Shown here: positions 26,778-38,724 of the stretch, piece by piece
How the letters are laid out: each line of letters starts with the position of its first letter
Numbering within the stretch: position 1 is the stretch's first letter
From: Vezdaea acicularis
Taxonomy: Eukaryota
Direction: 5' to 3'
Length of the DNA stretch: 64,000 bases
NCBI GenBank assembly: GCA_026025075.1
Contig: JAPEUI010000021.1
Span: forward strand, 1-64,000
Program-made: the position numbers and the translations under genes
Notes under the pieces: generated by a model
What the model was told of the DNA's origin: nothing
Database searches by the model: none
What the model saw: only the letters and a program-made list of their open reading frames with translations

Positions 26778-29700
26778 ATGGCCGGAGTGGATGGCGCATC
26801 TTCGATCTCTGTAACTGGTATGATCTTCTGGACCTCTTATACCATTGTTGGAATTATCGCCTCATATACTAATGCCCATGAAGTCCGTGTCCGCCCTTTC
26901 ACAATCCGCGAAGCAGCGCAGTTGTAGGCTCAGCCCAAACGAGTTATAGTTGCTGCTGCGCTTAAGCTTACAGATTCACAGATCTAAAGGCGATGATGGT
27001 CCTCTGTTTCTTGGGGACGGGTCTATGGCCGCAGTACCGACGCCAAAGCTTCACCAAAAGGGCATTCGACCAGTGATTAAGGTAATGGACGACAAATGCC
27101 TGTAAGACATCTACCATGTGGACTTTCTTTGCCATATCATGATGCTCACAGTGACTTAGCGTATTTGATCCGCCAGAAGACAGCCCAATCCAACGATTCT
27201 CCCGGTCGGTAGTGCCATCAGGGAAGCGGGTCAAGGATCAGACATTCGCATTTGACAGGGTCTTTGACGAAAACACCACACAGGGCGATGTATACGAGGC
27301 GACAACAAGGAACCTACTTGATAGCGTGCTCGATGGATTCAATGCCACCGTTTTCGCATATGGGGCAACAGGTTGTGGAAAGACTCACACGATTACGTGA
27401 GTAGATCTAGTCAAACGAGTGAAGCCGACACTGACAGCCTCAGTGGAACCGCGCAGCAGCCCGGAATCATCTTCCTAACCATGCAAGAATTATTCGAGAA
27501 GATTCAAGAGAGAAGCGACGATAAGGCAACTGAGGTATCGCTGTCGTTTCTTGAGATATATAATGAGACTATACGAGATCTGCTCGTACCTGGTGGAAGC
27601 AAGGGTGGCTTGATGCTTCGAGAAGATGCCAATCAGACGGTCTCGGTAGCAGGCCTATCTAGCCATCACCCACAAAGCGTCAGTATCCTCATTCCATCAT
27701 CGACTCGCCCCAATCTGACGCTACACAGGTCCAGGAGGTTATGGATATGATCATGAAAGGCAATGAGTACAGAACCATTTCGCCCACTGAGGCGAATGCA
27801 ACATCTTCTCGGTCTCACGCGGTTCTTCAGATTAATGTCTCGCAAAAGGATAGGAATGCTGATGTGAACGAACCACACACTATGGCTACTTTAAGCATAA
27901 TCGATCTAGCAGGAAGCGAACGCGCAAGTGCAACGAAGAACAGAGGAGATCGGCTCATGGAGGGAGCAAACATAAACAAGTCATTACTTGCTCTAGGAAG
28001 CTGTATCAATGCTCTCTGCGACCCACGACGAAAGAATCACGTCCCTTATCGAAACTCTAAGCTCACCAGACTTCTCAAATTCTCTCTCGGAGGGAATTGT
28101 CGTACGGTGATGATTGTTTGCGTCAGCCCTTCGAGCCAGCATTTTGATGAAACCCAGAACACCTTGCGATACGCAAACCGAGCAAAGAACATTCAAACGA
28201 AGGTTACAAGAAACGTCTTCAACGTCAATCGCCATGTGAAGGACTTCTTGAAGAAGATTGATGAGCAAATGGCGATGATCAATGAACTCAAAGCTCAGCA
28301 AAAGGAATATGAAAATACTGCGTTTGTCAAATTTAAGAAGCAGAGCGATAAGAGAGAAACAACAGTAAAAGAAGGTATCGTAAGGTTGAGAAGTGCGTAT
28401 GAGCATTCCGCTACAGAGAGACAAGAAAAAGTAAGCAATCTGCGAAAGCTTCGACAGATAGAACGGAGGATAGCCATGATATCCTCATGGGTTGCGGCGT
28501 TTGACAGTATTTGTGACTCAAGAGAAGATGAGGAGCCCTCTCAAAACTTGGTAGCGATGAGGAAAACGGCCCAGGGAATTCTCATAGAACTCGAAGGCAG
28601 TCGGCAGCATTATCACCAACGGCTGGCGAAGAGCAACTGGGAACGAGCTATCGATACAGCCCTTCAGACAGGAATCCGCCAATTGAATGAGATAGACGGT
28701 TTGAGTGATGACGCCGACAGCGCTTCTCTGACCCGAGAGGCAGATCTGCTAAAATCGAACGCAGAGCGTGAAGCTTTAGCTTCGGTCGCGGAACAGGAAA
28801 GAGGCAGTGATACCGCTGTTGTCCAGGCGCTGCTGTCTGCGCATTTCGATACCATTGCTTCTCTCAATCATATTCTTGAGATGGACGTGGAAGATGCAAC
28901 TCAGGCAGCCAGGACGATTCTTGTAAAGATACTGAATGCATGCTCTAATGCGACCTCACAAGTCATCAAGCCAGATGGCAAGCTTCCACCCGTCGAAGCG
29001 TTCCCACCTTCGAAGACCGGGACACCAAAGCGAAGGAAACAGCTCAGTTATGGTATCTCCCCTGCAAAACAGTTGGCTCCTCCATCCTTTGCGAGCGCCC
29101 CTCATCTCATCAACTCACCATTGAAGATGTCACCAAAGAGACGAAAGGTGGCACCGGCCAAGAAGGGCGTCTCTTTCACGCCCAAGAAGAAATCTCCTTC
29201 GAAGAGAGCTGTGAGATGGCGTGACGATACGGAGAACGGTACCCTTGCTGAATTTGAGAAGACGCCCCAGAAGCCGATTGTGACACCGGAAGTTTCCTCG
29301 ACAGGGCAGGGCAAGACTCAGTTAGAAGTACCACCCCGTCTCGAGGCGGGAGCGTCTTCATCTGACTCTAACAATTCTTCTCCTATTCCCACACCGCCAG
29401 AACCCTCTATTGACATCCGCCCGAAGAACAGTCGATTCGAAACGGGTTTCTTGACGAAAAAGTCCGATGGATCACCTCCTCCTCCCCAAATTACAAACTT
29501 GTCATCTTCTGACACGGACAATTCTCCATTACGCGATATGGAGATAGGCAAAGTCGCAAATCGGTCTTCATTACAGCAGGTCCAGAATGCATCTTGGTCG
29601 GACCATACTCCACCTGACAGTACGGAAAACTCGTTACTTGAAAGCGAATGGAAGTCGGATCGATCTGAGGCTATTCGAATTAGTTCCGCAGTGAAGCGTG

Positions 29701-30026
29701 CCTCTTCGGTGGGTCCCCGGTCTGCATCCCGCCCGCCTCGACGTCGAAGCCCCAAATCTTCACTTTCAGGTTCGCCTCCTACAGAGAGCGCTCTTTTCAC
29801 AGCAGGCCAAGCCCGCCGCATGGTCAGAAGCGACAAAGAGAACTCCCTGCAGGGCAGCGTACTGAGCCCTCGCACAGCTCCAGTGATGAAAAGCGTACGG
29901 CGAAATACTGGGGGAGAGCCACGTTCTAGCGTCGGCATATCCGCAAGGGATGTTGTAAGACTGAGCGGTGTAATGGGAAGCGCAACAAGGACCCGTGAGA
30001 GTGCGATAGGGGAGAAATTCAAGTGA
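26778..30026 (+). CDS. KIP3: Kinesin-8 (Kip3/KipB); 6 exons
   Basis: SSISVTVRVRPF start, FAFDRVFD, P-loop [48 protein letters not shown]; five GT-AG introns between 26818 and 27728. Confidence 0.95.
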
Positions 30027-30772
30027 ATTGATTGAAAGCTTTGCTCAACATCACGGGACATCTTGGGCTGGGCGTGCATGGGAGATACCCTCCGTGGTTA
30101 CGGCGCGGTCGTCTTCTCTCAACGTAGAGTGGTTGGGGCATAGCTTTGGCGTCCTGCTTTTTGGAGCAAGTTTGTCTCATAGTGAATGCATTTGAGGCTT
30201 TGGCGCTGTGTATCATATCTCATTAGCACCAATTCTAGTTGCCCGTATCAAGTCACCCCAAGAAACTCAATTTAGATCCTTTACGCTTAAGTCCCATATT
30301 TCCGTCTCAATCCGATGACGTGAGATGACTTGCGAGACTCCCTGCGCCACTGGAAGTTTCTCATAAACAAAAGACAACTCATGGAAGGCGTTGCCAAGCA
30401 GGACGCCCAAACTTTGTTCTGACAGATACAAGCCTCCCTATCGAATCGCGTCGCTCCGTGGCACAGCTCCGGAGATTTGGAATGTGCAGGGTGTTGCCGG
30501 CCGCAGCCGAGGCCGGGACGGAAATTTGTCACCCCGCAAAACGCCTATGACGCGAACGAGATCTTTCCAGATCCGTCGGGTGGCCACTAGCGTCGCCATC
30601 CATCATATAACAGTCTCATGGCGAAGCTCGTATCTTTCTCAACTTCATAATCGACGGCGCGCACGAAGTTATCTTTCTACGGAAATAACGAAGAAATTCT
30701 GAGTGACGAGGTCCTCCAAACCTGAAGCTCTCACCCCGCACCGCCTTCCTCGGCGCATCCCTCTTCATTGCG

Positions 30773-31480
30773 ATGGCAACGATGCCCCTCTTCCTCACGC
30801 GGCTCTTCCGACCCTTTTCCATGTCCTCGCGGCCAATGGCGTTCACACCAGAGTCGAACGGGGCTTCTGCGGGACCGAACTTCCCGGACGGCGCGCAGAA
30901 GGCGACTGTGGCCGCGGGTTGCTTCTGGGGCGTCGAGCACATGTACCGGAGGTATTTCGGGGCTGGGAAAGGCCTGTTGGACGCACGCGTGGGCTATATC
31001 GGAGGGGATATGAAGGATCCGGGGTATAGGGCTGTGTGCACGGGGAAGACAGGACGTGAGTCTCTGCCAGCTTTCTTGTTTGGGTGGGGGGCCCTACGGA
31101 AGAGTATACTAACAGTATCGACAGATGCCGAAGCGCTCCAAGTCGTTTTCGACCCCTCGATCGTGACGTATAGACAGCTGCTTGAGTTTTTCTACAAGAT
31201 GCACGACCCGACGACGAAAGATGCGCAGGGCCCGGATCGGGGCTCGCAGTATCGCAGCGCCATCTTCTACCACGACGAGGAGCAGGGGAATATCGCGAAG
31301 GAGGTGACGGCCAAGGTGGCGAAGGAGTGGTGGAAGACCGGCACCGTGACCACCGACGTGGCGCCCGCGGGAGAGTGGTATGACGCTGAGACGTATCATC
31401 AGAAGTATTTGGATGAAAATCCGGGTGGGTATGAGTGTCCTAGTCATTACCTGAGGGCGTTCCCGAAGCTGTCTGAGTAG
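30773..31480 (+). CDS. msrA: Peptide methionine sulfoxide reductase A; exons 30773-31055, 31125-31480
   Basis: GCFWG active site, GY.GG, TGHAEA (restored by removing the 69-nt intron), QGPDRGSQYRSAIF, AETYHQKYL..NPGGYEC. Confidence 0.95.
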   Translation: MATMPLFLTRLFRPFSMSSRPMAFTPESNGASAGPNFPDGAQKATVAAGCFWGVEHMYRRYFGAGKGLLDARVGYIGGDMKDPGYRAVCTGKTGRESLPAFLFGWGALRKSILTVSTDAEALQVVFDPSIVTYRQLLEFFYKMHDPTTKDAQGPDRGSQYRSAIFYHDEEQGNIAKEVTAKVAKEWWKTGTVTTDVAPAGEWYDAETYHQKYLDENPGGYECPSHYLRAFPKLSE

Positions 31481-32271
31481 GCCGTAAATGGGCGCGGGGT
31501 GTGTATGAGATAGTGTGATGGGATATGGGGATAGATGCTGGTCGATAGCGGTAGCTTAACACGAATACTCTCCTATTTTATTGGACGGAGTCAGACTTGT
31601 TTTCGAGACTATTCATTTGATAGATGCCTCTTTATCCTTACACCGAATAAACGGTGTCTGTCAATCACAGAATCCGTGGACCGAGCTCTTCAAACCCGTA
31701 GAGTTGACTCTTGGCCCACCTGTACCATTGGCTTTCATGCTGAATCCTATAAATTCAAGATCATCCCTAGTCTCCTTTCAAGCCAAACGGACGATAGCAT
31801 CACCAGCCTTCAAACTCGCATGCTGCCGTCTAATTTAATTAGCAACAAGCATAGTCGGCGTGTAATTCGCTGCTAGATGCTTCTTCAGTCGCTACCGCTC
31901 ATATATGCCATATCTTCCAGTTGAGACGACGGATTCTCTTGTTCGCTGTTCGGTTGACCATCTTCCTGCCTCACTATCCTGAGAACGGAGAGGTTTAGGT
32001 TGTAGGAGTAGCATTCTTCACCTGGGCGTGTGATGAGATTGTAGGTGTTTCCTTTGCTAACCTTCCCGACGTACGATGTGACCTGTCGCCGAAATTGCGA
32101 GCTTGTGACGTTACGTGGATCGTCGAGTTGTGATGATCTGTTAATGGTCGTGTACTGTGGAGCTCGAGCCCATTCATAAGTGGGTCGCGACTCCACCTCC
32201 AACCTCCAAAAACTTTGCATACCCAGCATGCGACACTATTGTGCAGATGTGAGCACCCCGTAAGAATCCGC

Positions 32272-32993
32272 TCAAGATGGCATGTCCAGTGTCTTCTCTT
32301 CGTCCAGCTTGCCGTCTCTCCTTCGCCCCAGCACAAAGTCCACGTATCCAACCCTCCTCCCTCTAGCCAACGCTAGGACGTCCTGGGCAACCCCGAATAA
32401 AAGCCCGAACACCAGCCCCTTCTTTGCTGTCCTTGCGGCCTCGTGGATGGTGAACCTATCTGCACTCGGTGTCAGAATAAGGTACTTTCCTCGCTCATAG
32501 CCATAGCAAAGAGTATGGAGAGACGCGACTTACTCCACAACGCAAACCCCCCCGAGACCCCCAAGCCCGCCACAAGCGTGCTACCCGCGTCCTTTCCACC
32601 GCCCCACCTATTCCTAAGCTGATCCACTGCCTCCTCCGCGACGAAGAAGACACCTCCCCACCACCCAACCTTCAATCCCATGCGAAACCCTTCCTTGACG
32701 CCTCCGAGCATCATCGCATAGTTCTTACTCTTGTGATAGAGGTACCAGCCCGTGGGCGTGGTGGGTAGACGATGGGCATTTTCGGCGCGGAAGCGCAGGG
32801 CGGTGGTCGAAGAGCCGTGGGAGATGCCGAGGAGGGTGCCGGTGAAGAAGGAGAGGGTTGCGCCGAGGGGCAGGCGGAGGAGGGGCGGGAGGGAGAGGCG
32901 GGCGGTGGAGGTTGGGTCGGAAAGAGGTGGAGCGGAAGATGCCTGAGGGGTTGAATAGGCCGAAGGGGGGATAGGAGGAGTGGCGGGTCTCAT
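32272..32993 (-). CDS. Conserved fungal membrane protein, Tim17/Tim22-like family; exons 32993-32534, 32459-32272
   Basis: RFRAENAHRLPTT..GWYLYHKSKNY motif, Gly-rich transmembrane helices; intron GTAAGT..CTGAC..CAG joins to a second exon ending ...DMPS*. Confidence 0.8.
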
Positions 32994-35900
32994 TGTGTAG
33001 GAGAGAGTGGTGGGGTTTGGAGGTGGTGGAAGGATTGATAGTCTTGAATTTAGGGGACGGAGTGGAGCTGATGAAGGTCACGTGGCGCGGTCACGACTAT
33101 CCCTGTTCTGAGAGACTATGGATGTATGGAAACCTCTGGGCAAATCCTAGACCTTTATCGTGGTGAGTTCAGCCATTTGTCTTGCTTTTTAGTATTTTTT
33201 CTCCGTTTTTTAAGGGTACTTTCGTTCTTCAGTCTGGGTTTGGGCTGGGTCTCAGCTAGTAATGCTCTGGATTTTGGGAGTCGTTGGTGACTTCGAAAAT
33301 GGCCCGAACATGGAATGCTTCACCTGGGAAAGTCGAAGAGCTAGGCAGGCAATGATCTCACATTAATTAATTATTTCAAAATTCGAGGATTAATTGCAAA
33401 ATCGTTCTTATTTTTTCATGGGATCGTGGATAGCTGATCTTGGGTGTTGAAGGTAGCACGTCGGTATCCGCAAAAAACTTGCACTGGATCGCCCACGCGA
33501 GATCACGCACCCGCCGACGATCAACAAGGTACGTGCACCTAACGCCGTAACAACCCCGACAAGACAAACGTGGGCACGGCGTCGACAGTTACACGAGTGC
33601 CAAGCATGCAACCTCCCACGAGGACGAGAAAGGCAGGATTTGACGGTCAGAAAAGAGAAGCGGGGGATCTCGTGTCCAAATGCCTTGGCAGACGTGGGTC
33701 GCCGTCGATTCCAATATTATTCTTCCAAGCCATGTGCTACGACGAGTTGGATTCTACATATTATTGTAGAACTACAGACTGGCTACGCAACGTAGGCGCG
33801 GAGATGCTCCGGCTCGTTTTCGTAGATCATTGTCATGGTAGGATACTGACAAGGCATATTCCGCTGTCTGGCGAGCAAGTAAGAGTGCACAAGTTGACCC
33901 GATACTTGTACTGCGTTCACGTCCCATAGGAAAGTCGAGGAAGGATTCTTTGGCTGTTCTATGCCTTCCAGAAACTGCGCGGCGGAGCATGCTTGCGGAT
34001 ACGGTAGATCTATTATTCGGTTTTCGTCGTGTTCTGTCAAACGTTCTGGCTAGATCTGGCCTCTGCGTCAAAGTTCCCGAGGAGGAGAGAACGATTGGTC
34101 CGAGCGACGGTTCATTTCCGGGGCAGGGCGTCGCGCCAAACGCCACGCCAGACAGGGGTAGCCCTTGCTGGCGTTCCTGCCGGATTGGGCTGGGCAATAG
34201 TCCGGATGCGGTAGTGTCGATTTGACGACGCAGCGGACGGGTCTTGTGGGTCTTCTGGGTCTCGTCCTTTTTCTCGTCCATTTTGCCGGGAGCGTCAACC
34301 GGGGGAATTTGACCAGGGGGTTTCACTTGGTATCAGCCATCTGGTAAGTCAGCGGCGGAGATTGCACGTCGTGCCTGTCATGCGCGCACGGACATTGGCA
34401 GAATCGTACCTGCAGCGCATCTAACGGTTTATTTGCCTCGAAGCGCTGCACGATACTGTCTGGTATTCTGGAGAGGAGCAAGGTTGGCAGTGCAGGTGTG
34501 GAGTAATGGGTAACACGGCGTACACGGATGAGAAAGGCATGGGGAAGAAGTCCAAGCCGGTAAGCGTCCTTGGAAAGGTGCCAAGCTCAAGTGGGGTACG
34601 CAGACCCTAACGTTGTGACGCTCGGAAGGGTGGAGAACGTGGTGACACGCGATCCGTGTCCGAGTCACGGCACTCATCACACACCGCACTCTGACCATTG
34701 GCTTTGTCATGATCTTTTACAACAGGACGCAATTCGCAGCTGGTTTGGCGACAATCGAGCAGGTTGAACCGAACTGGAAACCCTCATTTGTCGCGCGCTG
34801 GACCCCACGCACGACTCCGTCGGAAGATTCGTTCCAACAGACAGAGAGGGACTGTCCCTCAATAAACTCATCCATGGGATTGACTAAGTTTGACGACCGT
34901 TAAAGACTTCTCTGATATGAAGGCAGCCATGCAACTCGCCGAGCCGGGCAATGCAACTGGGTGGAGACTTCATCCGGACCTGGGGCGACTTGCGCACACA
35001 CATGATGCGCATCGGTGAGACCGACAGACTTAGCTGGAAAGGCCGAAGCTGGTCCGGATGGCCGCATCACTTTATTGACTGTGGACGACCTTGATGGACG
35101 ATGTAGCGTGAACGAACGCAATTTCGCCTTACTTTTCGTCGGTTTACTGGTCGATTGATCAGTTGTTCACACGATCTCGATCTCAACTCTTTGCCTAATC
35201 GTTCGTGAGGTGGTGGCACGGCGACGACGGAACAGACCTCCAAACGGACGGATTCTTCTGTCGGATGTCGATGTTCAAGGTCCTTCGAGCTCCCTTTATC
35301 CGATGCAGCGCATTGCTGGTGGCGCTTTCTCTTCTCGCCGTGGCCCCGCCGAAGCCGGTTTGTGGCGGACCGTTCTCGACACAGACGACCAGACTATTCC
35401 CAACAGAGAAGAGGCGTCCGGAGCACTGGATCGCACTATGCGGGGATCTAGTATGGCCGTCAGGGCAAGGCGAGACGAGGCAGGGAAAGCGAGTTTCCGA
35501 AGTCCGAAGTCCGAAGTCCGATGTTCTATGTTCTCTGTCCGCTGACAGCTTATGGACAGAAGAGGGAAGAGGTGTGGGTGTCGGCCAGCCCTTCTATCGA
35601 CAGGGGCGCTTTCCTGAAGCGGCCAAGCTCCCTGCATTCCGCCGGGATCTAAGCGGCTCGTTCAACGCTAGTGGACTGCAACCTGCCAAGCCTTTTTCTT
35701 CCGCTCAGGAGGATCAGGGACTTCCGGCAAGGAGGTTACTCGGGCTTCAGCTCCCAAGGTAGCCATACCAGTCGTGGTAGCGCTCGCGACACGATGCATG
35801 GCGACTCCGCGCCTGTGGTCCTACCTAACACGAAGGGAACCTCCGGCCGGGTCCATACAACGATGGCGGGCTCAAAGGCCTCCACCGTCGGCTGTTCGGT

Positions 35901-36904
35901 TGCGTCGGCCATTTACATGTGCGGACAACTCGGTCTTGTCTGTAGCACAATGACAGCGGCTTCCGACACCCTCAGTCAGATGAGAAAGCAACTCAATGGC
36001 ACGTGATGAGAGAGGTGAAGCTGCCGCTCTTACAGTGACTTCAGCTCCGTATGGGGAAGAGGAACAGCGACGCCGTGGAGCTACATGATGAGTAGCGGCC
36101 GCGAGGGATTCCTCCATGCGGCAGGAACAGCAGTCCAGACCGCGGCGGAGCCTCCTGCCCATAGCGTCAGTCCCGTGCAGGATCCGGCGGCCTGCGAGGG
36201 GCGCATCCCGCCTACTCCTGCCCGTTTCCTGTATTTGGCAGCGACCAGGACCCGGGGTTGGCTGGAGATCACCCGATTCGGACGCTCAGCCTGCTCTCCT
36301 GGAATGCGCACGGCGCCTGCAAGGAGGCTTTCCATGTCTAGCCGATGCACGTCGAGATGACAATAATATCTTTTTTCCTGCTTGTTTCTCCGCGCCTCGT
36401 CCGTCCCTTAATCAGAGCGCCGCGACGGCCGTGAGCAAGGAAACCCGCTCCCATGTCACAACAGGATTTGCTCCTCAATAATCTGTCATACTCGGCCAGA
36501 CCGTCCACGCACAGCTGCAGGCTGGTACAGCTCCCATTGCGGATCGTGGCTGAATATGCAACGACTTCATGTCCGTCCCGTTGTTCTCCATGCGGGGACT
36601 GAATCTGGACGCTTATGACGCCCCCAGCCAGGTCTGGACACCCTTCTCAATGCCCAGACTCAGCCCTGGGCGACCAATCCGCAACATTGGATCGTGGGGA
36701 AGCGCCCTCCGCGGCATCAACTGGCTTAGGGTCGCCCGACTATAAGATCGAAGCTGACCCCCCTTCCCATGTCTATCTTTCGCTCTCTATCCGTTCACTC
36801 ATACGAGCTTGATCACATCAGAGTCTAATTTGTCTTCCATTTTCTAATACCACCTCTTCAAAGCATCGCCATCCGATCTACTTATTCAAGCCTACGCAAC
36901 AAAG

Positions 36905-38010
36905 ATGCGTACCACCGCCTTCGTCCTCTCCGCCTTCGCGGCCCTTGCTGCAGCCGCACCAAGGGCAGCGCCCCAAGACTTGGACTACGATGCCATTGAT
37001 GCTATGGCCACACCCACGGCCACCGGCCCTCCTGTCGGTGTAGCCAGCGACAGCGTTCCAGTCAACACACAGTCGATGGCCGCTCTTGCATCCGCATCCA
37101 TTCTCGCGGATCCTACATATAGGATCAAGCGTGACGTGGAGAAGCGAGGTGTGAACGACCCTTGCTCGCCACAGCCATCCAGCGCGAGCCCACCATCAGG
37201 TGCCAATGATACCCCCCCAGACTTCCTCGCCGAACCCAATTTTGCTTCAACTGCCAGCAACGCACCCGTCCCAGCCGGGTATACGAATGTCTTCACCAAT
37301 CTTCAGGGGTCCACTGGCCAAGATGGCTACCTGGGCTACAAGCTACTCAAGAATTATGATCCATACCAGTGCCAGCAGTACTGCGATCAGACCACCGGCT
37401 GTGTAGCGTTCAACCTCTACCTCGAACGGGACCCATCTCTCGCCCCGGCAGATGCGTGCACTAACCCTGCTGCCGACACCAACGTCAAGTGCTCGATCTG
37501 GGGTCTTCCCATCTCTGCCGCCAGTGCTGGCAATCAGGGCCAGTATCGCTCCCAATTCCAAGTCGTCATCACCGCCTCGAACGGCTATACCAAAGACCCG
37601 AACCCTCCAGCATGCGCAAACTATAATGGACCAACACCTCTTGGCGGTGCCATCAACGCCCCGCTGCTGAACGGCGTCAACACCTACATGCGGTCAGTCA
37701 TCTACAACGGTGCATTCAACCCCTGCCAGTGCACAGCTGCTTGTGATGCACAGACAGCGTACAACTCGAGGCATGGTGGCAAGAGCTGCGTAAGTTTACT
37801 CGTGATCGATCTTCCAAGAACTCCCCTCTAATGATTATTCAACAGACTTTCACCAACGCATACGTCCTCTCCAAGAATGGCGTCGCCCAGGGCACGTACT
37901 GCGCTCTGTACACCAATTCATGGGACCCGAGCTATGCTACGAATGAGGGTCAAACCCGTGGCAGCGACTATTACACCGTGTCTGACAGCTACAGCTACAG
38001 TACTTCGTAA
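36905..38010 (+). CDS. Secreted Cys-rich protein with PAN/Apple-like modules; exons 36905-37789, 37847-38010
   Basis: Signal peptide, Kex2-type KR sites, C-x3-C..C.AFN.Y.ERDP..C..KC..WG and N.GQ.R..F.V.I..SNGY motifs, second similar Cys module across the intron. Confidence 0.82.
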
Positions 38011-38724
38011 TAGGATCGCTAGACTGAACGCCTACGGAGTTCGAGAAACGGATCCATAGACGCACAAGCTTTTCAAAAATTTCCATTGGTTCATCCTGCA
38101 TTTTAGAGGTTCATTTACAGGGTACTTTTTTCTTGGGAAAATACTACCAGTGCAGGCGTTTGGATCACTTTCAGCCTCGATGCTTTTGACGGAACTCATG
38201 ATGGATGGATGGATAGATGGATAGATAATTCTCCATAGAATAGGAAAGCGTGGGCTATACCAACCTATGATACGTCTGAAGCCGAAAAATTAAGCTCACA
38301 CTTTTCGTGAAGTTACCGTCGTTCGTTCGAGCTTCGTGAACGTGATCGGCATATCAGCCACTAATTCCGGCTTTCCTCGCGACAGCTCGGCTTCGAATCC
38401 CGCGCTTCCGCCTTCTCAGCCCTACGCGGTTCCTCATCCAACAAGGCCCTCGTGCAGGAACGCAATGACGCTAGCCAAGAGCCCCGCTGCCTGCGCGTAC
38501 GGGGCATGAATGATACATGGTCCAACCTGTCTGGGACGTATCTGCCGAATGGGCACGGGGGCTAACTGTTGATTTGGGGCGTTGCAATAGTATATTGTAT
38601 TACAGAGCACAAGAACCACCCCTCACATGTACTGACACCAGCGGCTACCGCAAGTGAACTAGAAAATTCTGCCCATACTCCTAGAAAACGCCGATTGATG
38701 CACCTCCCAAGACGCTAGACCTGT

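Noticed and set aside
29318..30079. 253-aa antisense ORF and similar shadow ORFs over KIP3, PRP8, PHO8, MNL1 and the AT-hook gene
   Set aside because: Opposite-strand shadows of real coding exons with no independent motifs.
31885..32229. 114-aa minus-strand ORF just downstream of the Tim17-like gene
   Set aside because: Starts ~40 nt after the upstream stop, inside its likely 3' UTR; no recognisable motifs or consistent splice partners.
38348..38412. tRNA-like fragment (ggcttcgaatccc T-loop-like motif)
   Set aside because: No anticodon or acceptor stem can be formed; T-loop is non-canonical.
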